Assembly: GCA_964106645.2 (NCBI GenBank)
Contig: OZ067041.1
DNA from: Podarcis pityusensis
Lineage: Eukaryota
DNA length: 64,000 bases
Strand: one strand, 5' to 3'
Part shown: in pieces, positions 26,525 to 39,398 of the stretch
Layout: each line of letters starts with the position of its first letter
How positions within the stretch are numbered: position 1 is the stretch's first letter
Made by a program: the position numbers and the translations under genes
Notes under the pieces: model-generated
What the model saw: only the letters and a program-made list of their open reading frames with translations
Databases searched by the model: none
What the model was told of the DNA's origin: nothing

Positions 26525-27920
26525 GTTGAGGTCAGGAAACCGTTTTCAACACCTTTTGCCGTTATCTCTGCTGCTTCTGCTTATGAAATATCTACAGTAA
26601 TGGTGGCAAGGACACATGAGGAGGTCTGTGGGTGCTTAAAGGAAGGTATTTATTGTAGTATTGGTGCTCTTCTGGTGTGCAAGTTTTTTGTAGTGTCCCC
26701 ACAGTGTCATTGTCATCAAGCTGCCAGCGCGTAGGCATTTAATTTGGATTTACCCTTCCCAGGAAAACATTGATAAGGTAATAACATGTTTCCAATTTTC
26801 CAACAACCCATTTACAGTATTAAGCTGTCATCTGGAAGAACCCTGTGAGGGTATTCATATTTCAAAGAAAAATGTCTCTAAGTGACTTACGACATACTAA
26901 AAAAATATCACAAATGAAAGTCATTTTCAAAAAAACACAGTAAAAATTCTATATTTCAGAGCAGTGCTAGTAATAATTAGATAAAATATCCTCTGGATTA
27001 TCAGTATAAATTTAAACAACTAGCAGATGTAGAATACTGAAAGACAAATAGCCCCATCCATCAAATATACAAGCATATATTTATTGGTAGCTGCACTCTC
27101 ACTTCTGTTATCTCCCCAACTTAAACTCACACTAAAATTTTATGCTGTTTCACCACAGATAATCCTTCAATAATACTTCGCGTTGGGTAGACAAACAGCA
27201 CAATTAAAAAGTGGAACAGATGGCTGAGCAAAAACAAAACTATTTTTTTTAAAAAAAAAACTGCTCAAGGAAGCCAAACCATGGATTTTTGAGTAGAAAT
27301 AGTAAGACAACTACATTAAGCAAACATTTTTGTGTTTGAGGGGCACTGGAAATGATGGGAAAATAGAAGTCGCAGCAAAGTATCACAGAGCAGAGATTGG
27401 AGGATGTGATCCTACTTCCTCTTACCTATAAGTCCCACTGAAGTCAATCAAAAATCCCTTTGAAATGCAGATGCAAATGTCATGATTTCAAACAATTCCT
27501 GCCTAAACGGTGACTCACAAAGGATATCACAGTCAACTGAAGCGATGTTAGGACTAGAGTCAGGGTCTTGAATAGTCAAGACTGTTGGACCCAAACTGGT
27601 GAGACAAAAGTTCAAATCCCCTTTAGCCATGAAGCTAACTTGGTGGCCTTCAGTAGGTCACTATTTTGCAATCTTACACCTTACAAGGTAAAAATAGGAG
27701 AACCTCATATAAACTCCTGTGCAAAATAGGACGAGCCCAAGGAGTCACCCTAAAAGGATCACTGAAGAACCAGGTACAAATATGACAGTGGGGGGAAACC
27801 TAAATTACAGAAACCTAAATTCACTAAATCACCCAGCTGAATTTAGTGTGGTTAACACAAAATCAAAATTTAATTCATTCTATGTCTGTTGTTCAGGGCT
27901 ACAGAAAATATAGTCTATAG

Positions 27921-28023
27921 CAGGCATGTCCAACTTCCAAGAGACTGCGATCTACTCCCACTATTAATAAAAAATGGCAGTGATCTACCCATTAGATCGC
28001 GATCAACCAGTTGAACATCCCAG
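27921..28023. mobile_element. hAT (Charlie-type) MITE
   Basis: CAGGCATGTCCAAC...GTTGAACATCCCAG with perfect TSD GTCTATAG. Confidence 0.85.
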
Positions 28024-28339
28024 GTCTATAGGAAATATGGTCAACAAAGACCAAGCTAATGGAATAATGGTCCACAGTACGGCAAATGTAAGAATTACTG
28101 GATTACAAGTGTGACCTCTTAACAGCTGAAGAAACATACAGCTTCCCTCCAGTTGTTCTTTTTTTAAAATAATAATCTATGTACACATCACACCAACCAT
28201 TACCACCAAAATATCCAATCCCTGACTTGCAGGAAGGTCAAAATCCACAGTTGGGCAACACCTTTACTGGACCAACAAAAATATCACAAAATAGTAGAGT
28301 GCCCTTTCTTATGGACTAAGATGAACATCTGTTGCTTTT

Positions 28340-28340
28340 A

Positions 28341-28384
<44 letters not shown>

Positions 28385-28400
28385 GCAACAACGATAATAA
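28340..28400. repeat. (AAT)n microsatellite
   Basis: Direct reading. Confidence 0.9.
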
Positions 28401-28635
28401 TTGCATGGAATCTTGACTTTCCCCTCCTTGCTGTTCCAATGAGACTATTTTCAGAAGTTTAAAATCACAACATCCTTTCACTCAAGGTTGAACTACCCTA
28501 TCCAGCACACATCAGGGTGTTTTTTTTATAAAAACACATTTTTTTTCTTTAAGAAGTACATACACATTTGGTCTCTGCACAAACCCAGTTCCATTTTATA
28601 GTACCAGTTTGCTTATTTTTATTTTGAAATAGTTT

Positions 28636-28877
28636 CTTCTCGGTAGTGGCGCCCGTCCTGTGGAACACCCTCCCATCAAATGTCAAGGAAATAAACAACT
28701 ATCTGACTTTAAGAAGACATCTGAAGATGTTCAGGGAAGTTTTTAATGACTGATGTCTTATTGATTTTATCATCATCATCATCATCAATTCTGTTGGGAG
28801 CCACCCAGAGTGGCTGGGGAAACCTAGTCAGATGAGTGGGGTTTAAATTATTATTATCATTATTATTATTATTATTA
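28636..28877 (+). mobile_element. L2 3' end
   Basis: cttctcggtagtggcgcccgtcctgtggaacaccctccc...gccacccagagtggctgggg...(ATT)n. Confidence 0.85.
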
Positions 28878-29464
28878 CCTGTGCACTATTGTTTTGCCTG
28901 TTTGACAAGACTGTAGAAAAAGTATAGGGAGTGGGAAGCTTTCTTCTGTTAGAGTTATCAATAATCCTATGGCTTTTTTAAAGTATGTATAAACTGGTCA
29001 CAGATTATAAGCCAGCAACATAGAGTGCAGAGTGTGTATTTCCTAATAGATACTGCATGCTTTGCATCTTCACCCAAGTAAAAAAAAATCTGAAGAATAG
29101 AATACCTCAAACTGCTCACCACCTGAGACATCCACATAATCGGGGTGGGGTGGGGAGGGAATCCAACTTTCAGTAATTGTCTTTGTAGGCCAACATTTAA
29201 GCAGAGTAATTACTCTGCTACATTTCTATGTTCTTCTCTAAATATACTGCTTTGACCCACATCTAGGAGTCAACCTGTGCCTCAACCTGCCTTACTATCA
29301 GACTCTGCTATGTCCTCTACTTAGAATTTATCATGGTCCATCTTGCCCCCGGCCCAAATTTCCGTTGTCACGATCCACATGTTGCTGTTCCTCAGCAAGC
29401 ACTTAGCTTCACCCCTTAGACCTGCAAGTCAGAGACTTGAGTTTAAATTTCCAATACTATTTGG

Positions 29465-29602
29465 CAGTGCTTTTTTATGGGGGTACGCATACCCTTAAAC
29501 GTTTTGTGCATCTAAATTTGGCCTCACTGAGGGGCAGTATTTCAATATGAGTAGGAAAATGACAGTACCCCTAAACATTTTTTAGGGGGGGGGAAAGCAC
29601 TA
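29465..29602. mobile_element. hAT MITE
   Basis: CAGTGCTTT...AAAGCACTA with TSD CTATTTGG / CTACTTGG. Confidence 0.8.
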
Positions 29603-32600
29603 CTACTTGGACTTCTTATATTTCCTTTCTGACTGGGCTACTCAAGCAGTTGCTCTGGCATTGGATTCCCTCATTACTTGTTTTTATCCTGTATTTTATT
29701 CTGTGAACTGCCCTGAGATCTTATGATGAAGGCTGGTACATAAATCTAAATAATATTAATATTAATATTAACAACAGCAACAACAACACCTTCCTGATTT
29801 GCCACTAGGCCCAGTTTTTCACATAAACTAGCCATCCTTGCCCAACCCAAATCCTGATTAAAAACCTCTAGTAGATGCGCCTCTCTTGACAAGTTAGTCG
29901 GCACTTTCCATTAATGAACTGAACAATTAATATGTTAAAAACCGGTTGGGTTTTTGTTTTTGTTTTTTTTAACATGATATTTTGGAAAGCCCGTTATCCA
30001 CAGTGCTTTGAATTACTGTGAAAGGGGGAAAGCGACTGCTTAATTCAGTTGGGGGTGGGGAGGAGGAATTCTGAGCATGTATCCTCTTTTCCCCCCCAAC
30101 AACAACAAAAATTCCTTTGAGCTTTTCTTTTTTCTTCTTCTTCTTTTTTAGGTACAAAGGTTGCAGACGCATGCGCAGCTTCTGGATTAACGCAACAGAC
30201 CATTACAGATTTAAGAGCCGTTACGGTATATCAAGTGAGTAAACAAAAAAAAACTGAGGCAGATTTATACAATGACCACAGTGGCACCCTGGGAGCCGAT
30301 ACGGTCCATCAGGTCAAAAATCCACTTTTTAAAGAGCACCTAAATATGTGTGTAACCAATAGGCCTCAGGTCTCCAGAGTAACAAGCACACAGATTTTCA
30401 AAAACAAGAATAGAGAGGAGTTATGGGATGGTGGCAGTTTGGGGGGAGAAAGTAAGGTAAATCACCCACAATTTAAATGCCTAAACAGTATGTGTCTGGT
30501 TCAAATAGGTGCAGAGTGAAACAGGTTTAAAATATGGGTTTTAAATAAACTTCTGGCTTCCTGTGTACAATTCTGCAAATACATTTCTGCCATCAATACA
30601 GTGAAAACAAAGTTGTTTAAAATTGCAACGTAAGTCACATATTTAAATATAATGGAGGTCATACTAATAAAACTCCAAACTTGAATACCAGGCTTGGTAG
30701 CAACTAAACTCTATATTCCACTTCTCCTGCTATAAGAGGTCAGGTCTACATGGTTAACTTTCCCTCTCGTTGCTTTTGTTGCAAACCAGAGAATAACACT
30801 CCTATAAACATCTAACATAAAAGGCCAAGTGCAATGTTCCAAGTGAAACCCACCGTGAATCATTCTCCTACTTACAGTTTATTCTTGGCCTTCCCCTTTT
30901 TAACGCAGTATTTGTTCCAACGGAAAACTGAAGAAGAACTTCATCTCTCCATATGACCTGAGATAACAGTAACGTTGAAAGAATGGCCTGGCTTGTCAGG
31001 GATAATCCAAGGGCTGTCCGCAGCTACGCTTTTTTTAAAAAAAAACACACACATGAGCCCAAAAGGACTAATAAATGCTAACTCTCAGCATGACACATCA
31101 GGAACTTTAAGCCCCTAACACCGACTAAGAAGAAAGTCTCCCAAATTTACCAAAATTATCTGCAACACAATGGAGAAGAGAAGGAATTAATCAAAGTCTC
31201 TCTCTTAATGCAATGCTTGATTGAACTATCCCAATCCCTTTTCAAATGGGATAACCAAGTGGCAAGTGACCTCGATGAAACATCCCAGAGAGGTACACAA
31301 GTACCACTTGTTCAATTTTTTCCCTTTTATGACCTCATTAGGAAGGATTTTGAAGGTTGCTCCTGAATATTAGAACAAAGTGTCTCAACACTACCTCTCT
31401 AGGATTCTTACGTCTCTTGTGTATGTGCTTTGTTTTTGTTTTGTTTTATTTTCCTCTAGCGGCGGCTTTTTGAATGGAATGTTTGGAACACACACACACA
31501 CACACACTTCTGGAGAAATAATCTACCATGCAAAAACAAATCCCTCAAAGTTACATTTCTTCCCCTAAATGGAGAGCCTTGGAAAGAGTCTAGGGCTTTT
31601 GCCAAAACCAACTCATGAGTCCATCTTTCTCTCCATCTCCCTTCCTGTTAATAGTCCCCATTAATTAGAGCTGGCTGCGGTTTTCACTTCCTTATCAGGA
31701 ATGATGCAGAGGCTGCCAAATCAGCTAGTGTGAAAATATTCCATTGCCAGTAATGTGTTCCACCCCCCCTTCCCCTCTCCCTAAGTGTTTGTTGATTCCA
31801 TGCTTGGATTTAATTTGGAGGATTGTATTTTATAACCAGAAACAAACAAACAGATTTATAACCAAAGATGGAAAGGCAAACAGCAAAAAAAAAAAGGGGG
31901 GGGGGGAGAAAAGCCGAGCCAAGCACTGCAACTAAGCCCACCACTTTTATTGACTTCTTAAAAACCAAATAACCTGGCATATTAGTGTGTGCATTCTGCA
32001 ACAGACATTCAGCTCCATTGTACTACTTAGAAGGGAATAAAAGGAAACCCTACTGTTTGAAATCCAGCGGAACATCCCCACAACAGAGCACAACTGTTCC
32101 CTCATGCATGAATGGGAAGGAGATGAAAGAAAAGATGGACTTCTGAGGTGCAGCAAAAAACAAAGACAACAAAAGTGCTGATCATGAGGGAATGACACAA
32201 CTCATTGCCGCAAAAAGGATGAGAGAAAGGAGCTCAAACAATAGTGTAGACAGCTAAGTGACATGTAGAAGAATTGAAAAATCTACAGAAGTGCCTTTTC
32301 TCTCCACACTTGACGAGAAACAATTAAATGTTGGTACATCTGTCATAAAAAGGATAATTGAAACCTGTTACCGTCATTATGGACAGCAACTTAACTACCA
32401 AAACTGTAACTGTCCAATTAAATGTTGCCCCCTCTGTTATCTACACCACTTGCTAAAATGAAAAGCTTTGATTCCTCCGATAATTTGCCATGTCTGAATC
32501 TGTTATAAATTATATACTTGAACAGGCACATTCTAGAAGGTGCATATACACACACAGAGAGAGAGACTGGATAGAAGGACAGGCAAGGAACAAAACAGGC

Positions 32601-32699
32601 GAGTTCCAAGCACACAAGTTGCTTCTCTGCCAAATAGTTAAGGTTTTCAGCAGAGAGCCCAAGAACAGGATAATCACCCCAAAAACTCATTAGACTTTG

Positions 32700-32990
32700 T
32701 TTACCCGTCCAGATGTCCACCAGCCTGCGAAAACAATGATGCTCTAAACTAATCTACTGACTGTTGCTACTTGCTTGAGAACATGCGGCGGCCAACTAAA
32801 CTGAAGAGCAGTTATTGACCCTGTCAGGATACCTGATTAATGGATAAACGCTGTAATTGATTAGCGGAGAAGTGTGAATTAAAATGGAGAGTACAGCATC
32901 AATAATGAATCTCTGACAAAAGAGAGCTGACATAAAATGTAAAACGATTGCCTGCAGCTATATCTCATCAAAGACACACTTTTTCTTAAA
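32700..32990. promoter_or_regulatory. Candidate developmental enhancer (CNE-like)
   Basis: Repeat-free block with SOX (AACAATG 32732), MEIS (CTGTCA 32821), PBX-HOX (TGATTAATGG 32834), homeodomain palindrome (TAATTGATTA 32854) and TCF (ATCAAAG 32967). Conservation not verified. Confidence 0.5.
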
Positions 32991-35900
32991 AACAGAAGAA
33001 GGGGGGGGGGGAGATTTAGCCCAGGGTCCTGTCCTCTGCAGTTCTTTAGTCTTTTCTCTTGGTAATGATGCTGTGTGTTAAACCACCAGCAAAATGTTAT
33101 GGGAACGACTCATCAATCCACCTTCATACTTCAAGCTATGTGAGGCAGTTAAATGACTCCATTATCCTCCCACTTCTTTATCCCTTCAAAGATACCCTAG
33201 ACTTCCTTCATTTGTTCACCCTGAATTCCCTGCTATTATGTCGGCTGAGAACCGTAAATTTTGCATGCACCCAAGCACCCTGCTCCACAGGTTGTTGCAG
33301 CAGCCGCTGCTGTAGAGAACAGGCCTGCCCAACTTTTGTGACGCACTGAGCCAAAAGCAAGTCAGCAGCAATATATATGTGCTCATGGCCCCCCTGGAGC
33401 CCAACAGAGCTCCCTGATTTTGCAACTGTGGTTGGACCTTTGACTGAGGATATCCAGGTTTAAATCCCCACTCAACCATTAAGGATGCTGGGTGACATTG
33501 GCCGCTCCCAAATCACTCTCTAGATGCCTAATCTGTAAGATTTGGCCTAAGGAAACAAGCGTGCTGTCCCGGGCTCCTTAGCAAACAAAATAAACAAATA
33601 AAACTGTTAAGCAGCTAGCAAGGAGCATATGTTTATATTACTTACTATTTAATGCATTTCATAAATGTATACCCCACTTTTTGAGCAACTTCCTCCACAA
33701 AGCACCTTACACTCTCCAATAAAAAACAACCCCACCCAATGACAAAATGTAAAAGTACATAATACAGTACAGCCAAAACAACAAACCAGCATAAAAAGTG
33801 AAGTACAAATATAGAATTTAAAAATGTAATACAGATCATAAAGAACATTTAAAATGTATACAAACAAGCAAGGAGTAAAACTGCAGAAGTAAAGTTTCAG
33901 AAATATCATGGGATCGTTAGGAAAAGTTTAAGAGAAAATTAAGTTTTTGACAGAAATAAGAAATTGTAACAATAAGCAAAAATTGTAACTACTGTATAAG
34001 CAAGAAATTCTGCTGGTGTTTTTTTAGCTCAGCTCTTAAGAATTACCAGCTGTGCCCCAAGATAAAAATAGAACGTGTGTATGTGTTATTTAGGAAATCC
34101 CACTGAATTCAATAGGAACTCAATTCTAAGTTGACTTTTTAAAGACTGTGCTGTCGACCAATCATATTCAGGAAGAAATATGTGAGCAGGATATGATCAG
34201 TGGTGGCTGGTGCCCATTGGAACTGCTAGGGTAGAAGCAGAGAGGCCAACAGTAAAGGGAGTCAGAGACAATGACAGGCAGAACCCAAAAATTCTACTTT
34301 TCTTCCCATCATCCTCTCTGCTAAGTTGAAGAGACAACATGGAGACTAAGGAGGCTGACTCTGACAGCTAGGAGCCATTCGTTTATAAAATGCATAGCAC
34401 CTTATTAAAAAATTGCTTGGAGGTGTGTTTTGTTTTGCTTTTATATCCAAGAGGTACGTAAATTTTGTTAATAAAATATTGGAGGCCAACATTTTGTGTC
34501 AAAGGATTCGGTAATTTTTGGCAATTCACCTTGATTGTAACATACTGGCATAAGAACTCTGTAACATCTTGCGTTTCGGTTGCAGTAGGGGTGAAACAGT
34601 CCAAAAGCACAACCTGTTAAGGAAGATGATCAAGGAGGTGACATTTCCTGTGGTTCTTCAAGCCGTTCAGCTAAAGAACGAACTTCACCTTCCCTAACAA
34701 TGTTTGAAAGGACAGAAAAGGTGACTGGCACTAAGCACATTTCAGAAGCTCAAATGTGGGGGTATTCAACGCAAGAGAATAGTTTTATTAACTTGCTTTT
34801 AGCGGTTATAATTTTGTGAAACATAGAACCATGCATACAGGTATTACTGTATGGAACATAATTAACACACTTCATTAAGTTTATCAAATTTTTGAAACCA
34901 TATGTTTTAGACCAATCCTACAAATGCATACATCAACCATTCTAATCTGCAAAAAGATGTCCGTTGCAGTAAATGCTTTTAATTCTCAGTATGAAATATT
35001 GTCAGGTCAGCTTGAGACAGTAGTTAAAATTAACAAAAGCACTGTAAGTGCAAGTTTAAAAGCAATAACAATAGCAACAATAATAACAGACAAAATCAAT
35101 CACTCCTTTTGTATGCTGACAGGCCTTTGTAGCTGTTTTTTTGTTTTCGTTTTAATAACCAGTCATTTTAATTATTATCTCTCTTGTTTTAATACTGTTT
35201 TTTGTTTTAATTACACTTCCTTGTATGCATGGTATGATTGGTGGAATAGAAATACTTTTATAAATAAAATAATATACAAGATAGGATAAACAGTTGCACA
35301 ATGTTTTCAAATGTCACTGTAAATAAAATACAGTGAAAATGTAGTAGTTTAATAAGGTAATTTTCTGTATTTAGCTTACCTAAAGGTTTTAGCAAATGAA
35401 TAATTTAGCAAAAGGTTTCACATCAGTTTGTACGATTATTAAATATGTATCTACAGGGCAATGTGTATCCCAAAAATACCAAAAAAACAAACAAACAGGA
35501 ATTTCTGGCATAAACATTCAGTTTAAATCTATACACAGGAAAACCAGGGCAACCATCTTGTGGCAATGCAGATATGCTATTTGCTAGTTGCCATGATACG
35601 AAGAACCTGCATGGCACAAATGACAAAGGAATGCCTGCAGAACTATAGAATTACAGACACGTAGTCTCCGCATTTGAAGTGCCATTGAACAATCCACCAC
35701 AAGATTCAGTGCTATCCAATGATATAACCAATTTCTTACCCCTTTTCAGCTGAGCCCCATTTTTTACATGATGGCATATTTCACTAATGATATGCAGATC
35801 AATCTGTGTGTAAGAAAACCAGCAATACTAAAACTTAACAAGAGCAGCAGCAACACATTTATATATATAGGCTTGGATTCAAAGCTTTCTAGTAACTTCC

Positions 35901-37479
35901 ACCCATTCAAGGTGCTCCAAGATTTCCACTGACTCTCCTCTACCTGAGAGTAGACACTTTGAAATTAAAGGACCTAAGTTGCTCATGTCCATTCGTTTCA
36001 GTGGGTTTGCCAGGTAACACTGGATTCAATTCACTTAGCTTGACAAAGTGAGAAGACATCAGCGAGGAGGTGTCAAGAAAAAAGTATAAGTTGAATCAAG
36101 GGTAAAAAGATAAAGTTGCAAGTCAGGTCATCCACTATTTTGGAAAGTAAAGGAAGTAGGAAACTAGGATGACAGGAAAATCAGAGGGATTTAGAGAAGC
36201 GTTTTGAAAAGGGGTACAATCCTTAGAGCTTCAAATCTAAACATAGCTGATGTGGATGAAATTGTTTTTGTGCTAAACATATTTTTCCCCTCCACATAGC
36301 CCTACTTTTGCTCTCCCTCTCTTATTCTCTTCACACTTTCCAGAAAAATGGAATAAAATAAAACCATACATGCGGTATAAAGTATGACTTCTGTATAGTA
36401 TAAAGCAGGAAAGTGAAGGAATCCAAAAAGCAGCTGCTTAAAATTAAATCATCATGTTTTCAAAAATGTGTTAATTTCTAAAAGTTTCAATGTATTCAAG
36501 AAAAGGCCTGTTTAAACTATTCTCTATTATTTTTCACTGCTGACTGAGAGTTCAGCATGATCACCAGTACAATTTTAAAGAATATTCTCTCTCTTAGCCA
36601 TTGTTACAGATAGAAGCAGGAATTAAGCACAGTCTTTTTGGCAGCTGAACTTGGATCAAAAAGACATTCATAACTCCTGCAGGGTTTTGCTTTCTTGGGT
36701 CAAGGCAACTTTCACAAGGCTTCTTTCTACCCTTTACCTTTTTTCATAGACGATTATATCCCTGGTTAAAATCCAGACATTTACTGCCAGACAAGAACAA
36801 ATTACTTTGACCAGGGACACTCCTGAAGGTAAAATTCTTCAGCAGCAGGTGGGTCTGACCCACAACCTTTGCCTGAGCTCTCTGGTTCATTAACTTGTAA
36901 TTTCTCATACCAAAAGTGAAATATTTCCCCTCTGACTTGCAGGCTGATGTATTTATTCAGATTGGGAACAGTGCACCAGAACAGGGATGGCCAATATGGT
37001 GTCCTTCAGATGTTGTCAGACTCCCAACTCCTATCGGCCCCAGCAAGCATGGCCTAAGGTCAGGGATGATGGGAGTTGTCTAGCAAAAATTGCAGGGTAC
37101 TACCTTGGCTATCCCTGTCTCACTGGTCCATGTTTTCCTGGTGTCTAAAATACAACTGGGTTGCCGTATGTCCGGAATTTCCTGGACATATCCGGAATAC
37201 TGCAGTCGGAAGCAGTGTCCGAGCGGAAATTGCTAAAATGTCTTGGGAAATCAGACATTTTGGCCAAAACGAAATACAAGGAAAGGGAGGTGGCTAACTC
37301 AACCTGACATGACTAAATGATGCTCCTGACTCTCAGACTGAGGCCGCCAGGAGGACGCTTCTCTGTCCAGAAGGATTTCATTATCTAGTCTAATGTCATG
37401 ACTCACCTCAAGAAGCAAAGAATCCACAGACATTGGTAAAAATTGGTAGAGAAGGTAGCAAGTCTACCCAACCTCATAA

Positions 37480-37849
37480 AAGGTAAAGGACAGTTAAGTC
37501 CAATCAAAGGCGACTATGAGGTTGTGGTGCTCACCTCACTTTTCAGGCCAAGGAAGTCGGCATTTGTCCACAGACAGCTTTCTGGGTCATGTGCCCAGCA
37601 TGACTAAACCGCTTCTGGTACAACAGGACACCATGACGGAAGCCAGAGTGCAAGGAAACACCATGTACCTTCCCGCCAGAACTGTACCTATTTATCTACC
37701 TGCACTGGCGTGCCTTCAAATTGCTAGGTTGGCAGGAGCTGGGACAGAGCAATGGAAGCTCACTGTCGTGCCCAGGGATTCGAACCACCAACCTTCCAAT
37801 CAGCAAGCCCAAGACGCTCAGTGGTTTAGACCACAGCACCACCCACTCC
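37480..37849 (-). mobile_element. Sauria SINE, older or different subfamily
   Basis: Same layout but more diverged. TSD CTACCCAACC(T/A)CATAA at 37464-37479 and 37850-37865. Confidence 0.9.
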
Positions 37850-38219
37850 CTACCCAACCACATAACATCCCTATTTCCATTTTGCATTGGGGGGGGGGGT
37901 CTCTTTCTCCTTCCTTCATCCCAATGGACCTTGTTGGAGTCTACTGCAATTTGCATTTGAATTCCAAAGAACTAGTGTTAAAGGAACAAAGGAAGCATGG
38001 ATTTATCCAGTCACTCAACAGTGAAGGAATTCAACTGGCAATTCAGTCAAACTTTCTAGTGTGGTGTCAGAGCAATGATTCCCTAATGGTGGGTCATGGG
38101 TGCTGAGCCAGTTTGTTGGCAATGTGTGATGTATGAAGCTACTTATTGTAAATCATAAGAGACTCAGGTAGCTGAAAAGTAAGTTCAACTTGACAGGAGG
38201 CCTCAAACATTGTATGTTA

Positions 38220-38612
38220 CATAACCTCCAACATTTCTCCAGTGAAAACAGGGATGTCCTGTTCCATCATCATCAACATCATCATCATTATCATCATCAT
38301 TTTTATTTATTTATACCCCACCCATCTGACTGCATTGCCCCAGCCACTCTGGACAGCTTCCAGTATATATGAAACCATAATAAAACATTAATAAACTTCC
38401 CTATGCAGGGCTGCCTTCAGGTATCTTCTAAAGGTTGTATAGTTACTTATATCATTGGCTCAGGGGTCACATAATTCCATGCCCTCCAACATTTCTCCAA
38501 TGAGAACAGGGACATCCTAAGGAAAAACAGGACATTCCGGGATCAGATCAGAAACCAGGATGACTATCAATCCGGGATTGTCCCTGGAAAATAAGGACAC
38601 TTGGAGGGTCTG
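38220..38612 (-). mobile_element. Composite hAT-like MITE carrying an L2 3' tail (copy 2)
   Basis: Outer end cataacctccaacatttctcc (38220), reverse L2 tail, inner end catgccctccaacatttctcc (38478), terminal ggacacttggagggtctg. Confidence 0.75.
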
Positions 38613-38697
38613 AGGTTAGACAGGGCACTCTTTTGGTGAAGGCACTTCCTATGTCTATTAAGCAGAAATAGGGAAGCATATTGAAGATACTTGTTAA

Positions 38698-39398
38698 TAG
38701 GGTGACCAGGTGCAAAAGAAGGCATTGTTTCTTTACAGCTATGTAAAATTATTATTATTATTTGAATTTATATACCACTCTATATCCGGGGGTCTCAGGG
38801 CGGCTCACAAAACAGACTATTTCATGGTCAAACCTGGGCATATGTGATTGGCTCTCCCAATTTTTATTTTTATTTAAATGCAATCATAGGACACTCTGGT
38901 TTTGACTGGAGGACAGGTGAATTAACCCTTTCCCCCTCTGTTCAAAATACACCTGTATGGGATCTCCCTGCATTAGTGTATTAGTAGCTTCAGGTGGGGG
39001 GGTGCAGTTTTGATTGGGAAAATGGGATAACCACACCCCTCCCACAGCACCATTGCTTCAGTGAAAAGCAGAGCTTCTACAGCTGCTTTTCAGTTCAACC
39101 CACAAAAAAACATGCACCGAATAATTTTGGGATGTTCTGCTCATGGATCCCCAGGGGTCTAATGGGGCTTCTCAGATGTGCTGCTTATTCCAAAAGGCTG
39201 GGGAAAGCTGCTGTACTTGTTGCTACCCCTTCTTCTGCACAATGGGATGGAAGGAATCAAGCAGAGGTTGAACAGTCATCGGTTGGGGATGCCTAGTTCT
39301 AGATTTCCTTCATCAAGTGGATTTGGATTTCCTGCACTAAGTCAATAATTCTATGACTATCACAAGAGCTCTGCCTTCCTTTGTACCCAGTCACCCTA
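38698..39398. mobile_element. hAT (Blackjack-like) element with nested LINE tails
   Basis: TIRs TAGGGTGACCAGGTGCAAAAG / CTTTGTACCCAGTCACCCTA. Partial TSD CTTGTTAA / CTTGTGTG. Confidence 0.6.

Noticed and set aside
28250-28330. Penelope-like terminal fragment (also about 44970-45090)
   Set aside because: The resemblance is too short and degraded to support without a library search.
35370-35400. Minus-strand TAG|GTAAGC as another recursive splice site
   Set aside because: The upstream polypyrimidine tract is weak, and such a match is expected by chance in 50 kb.
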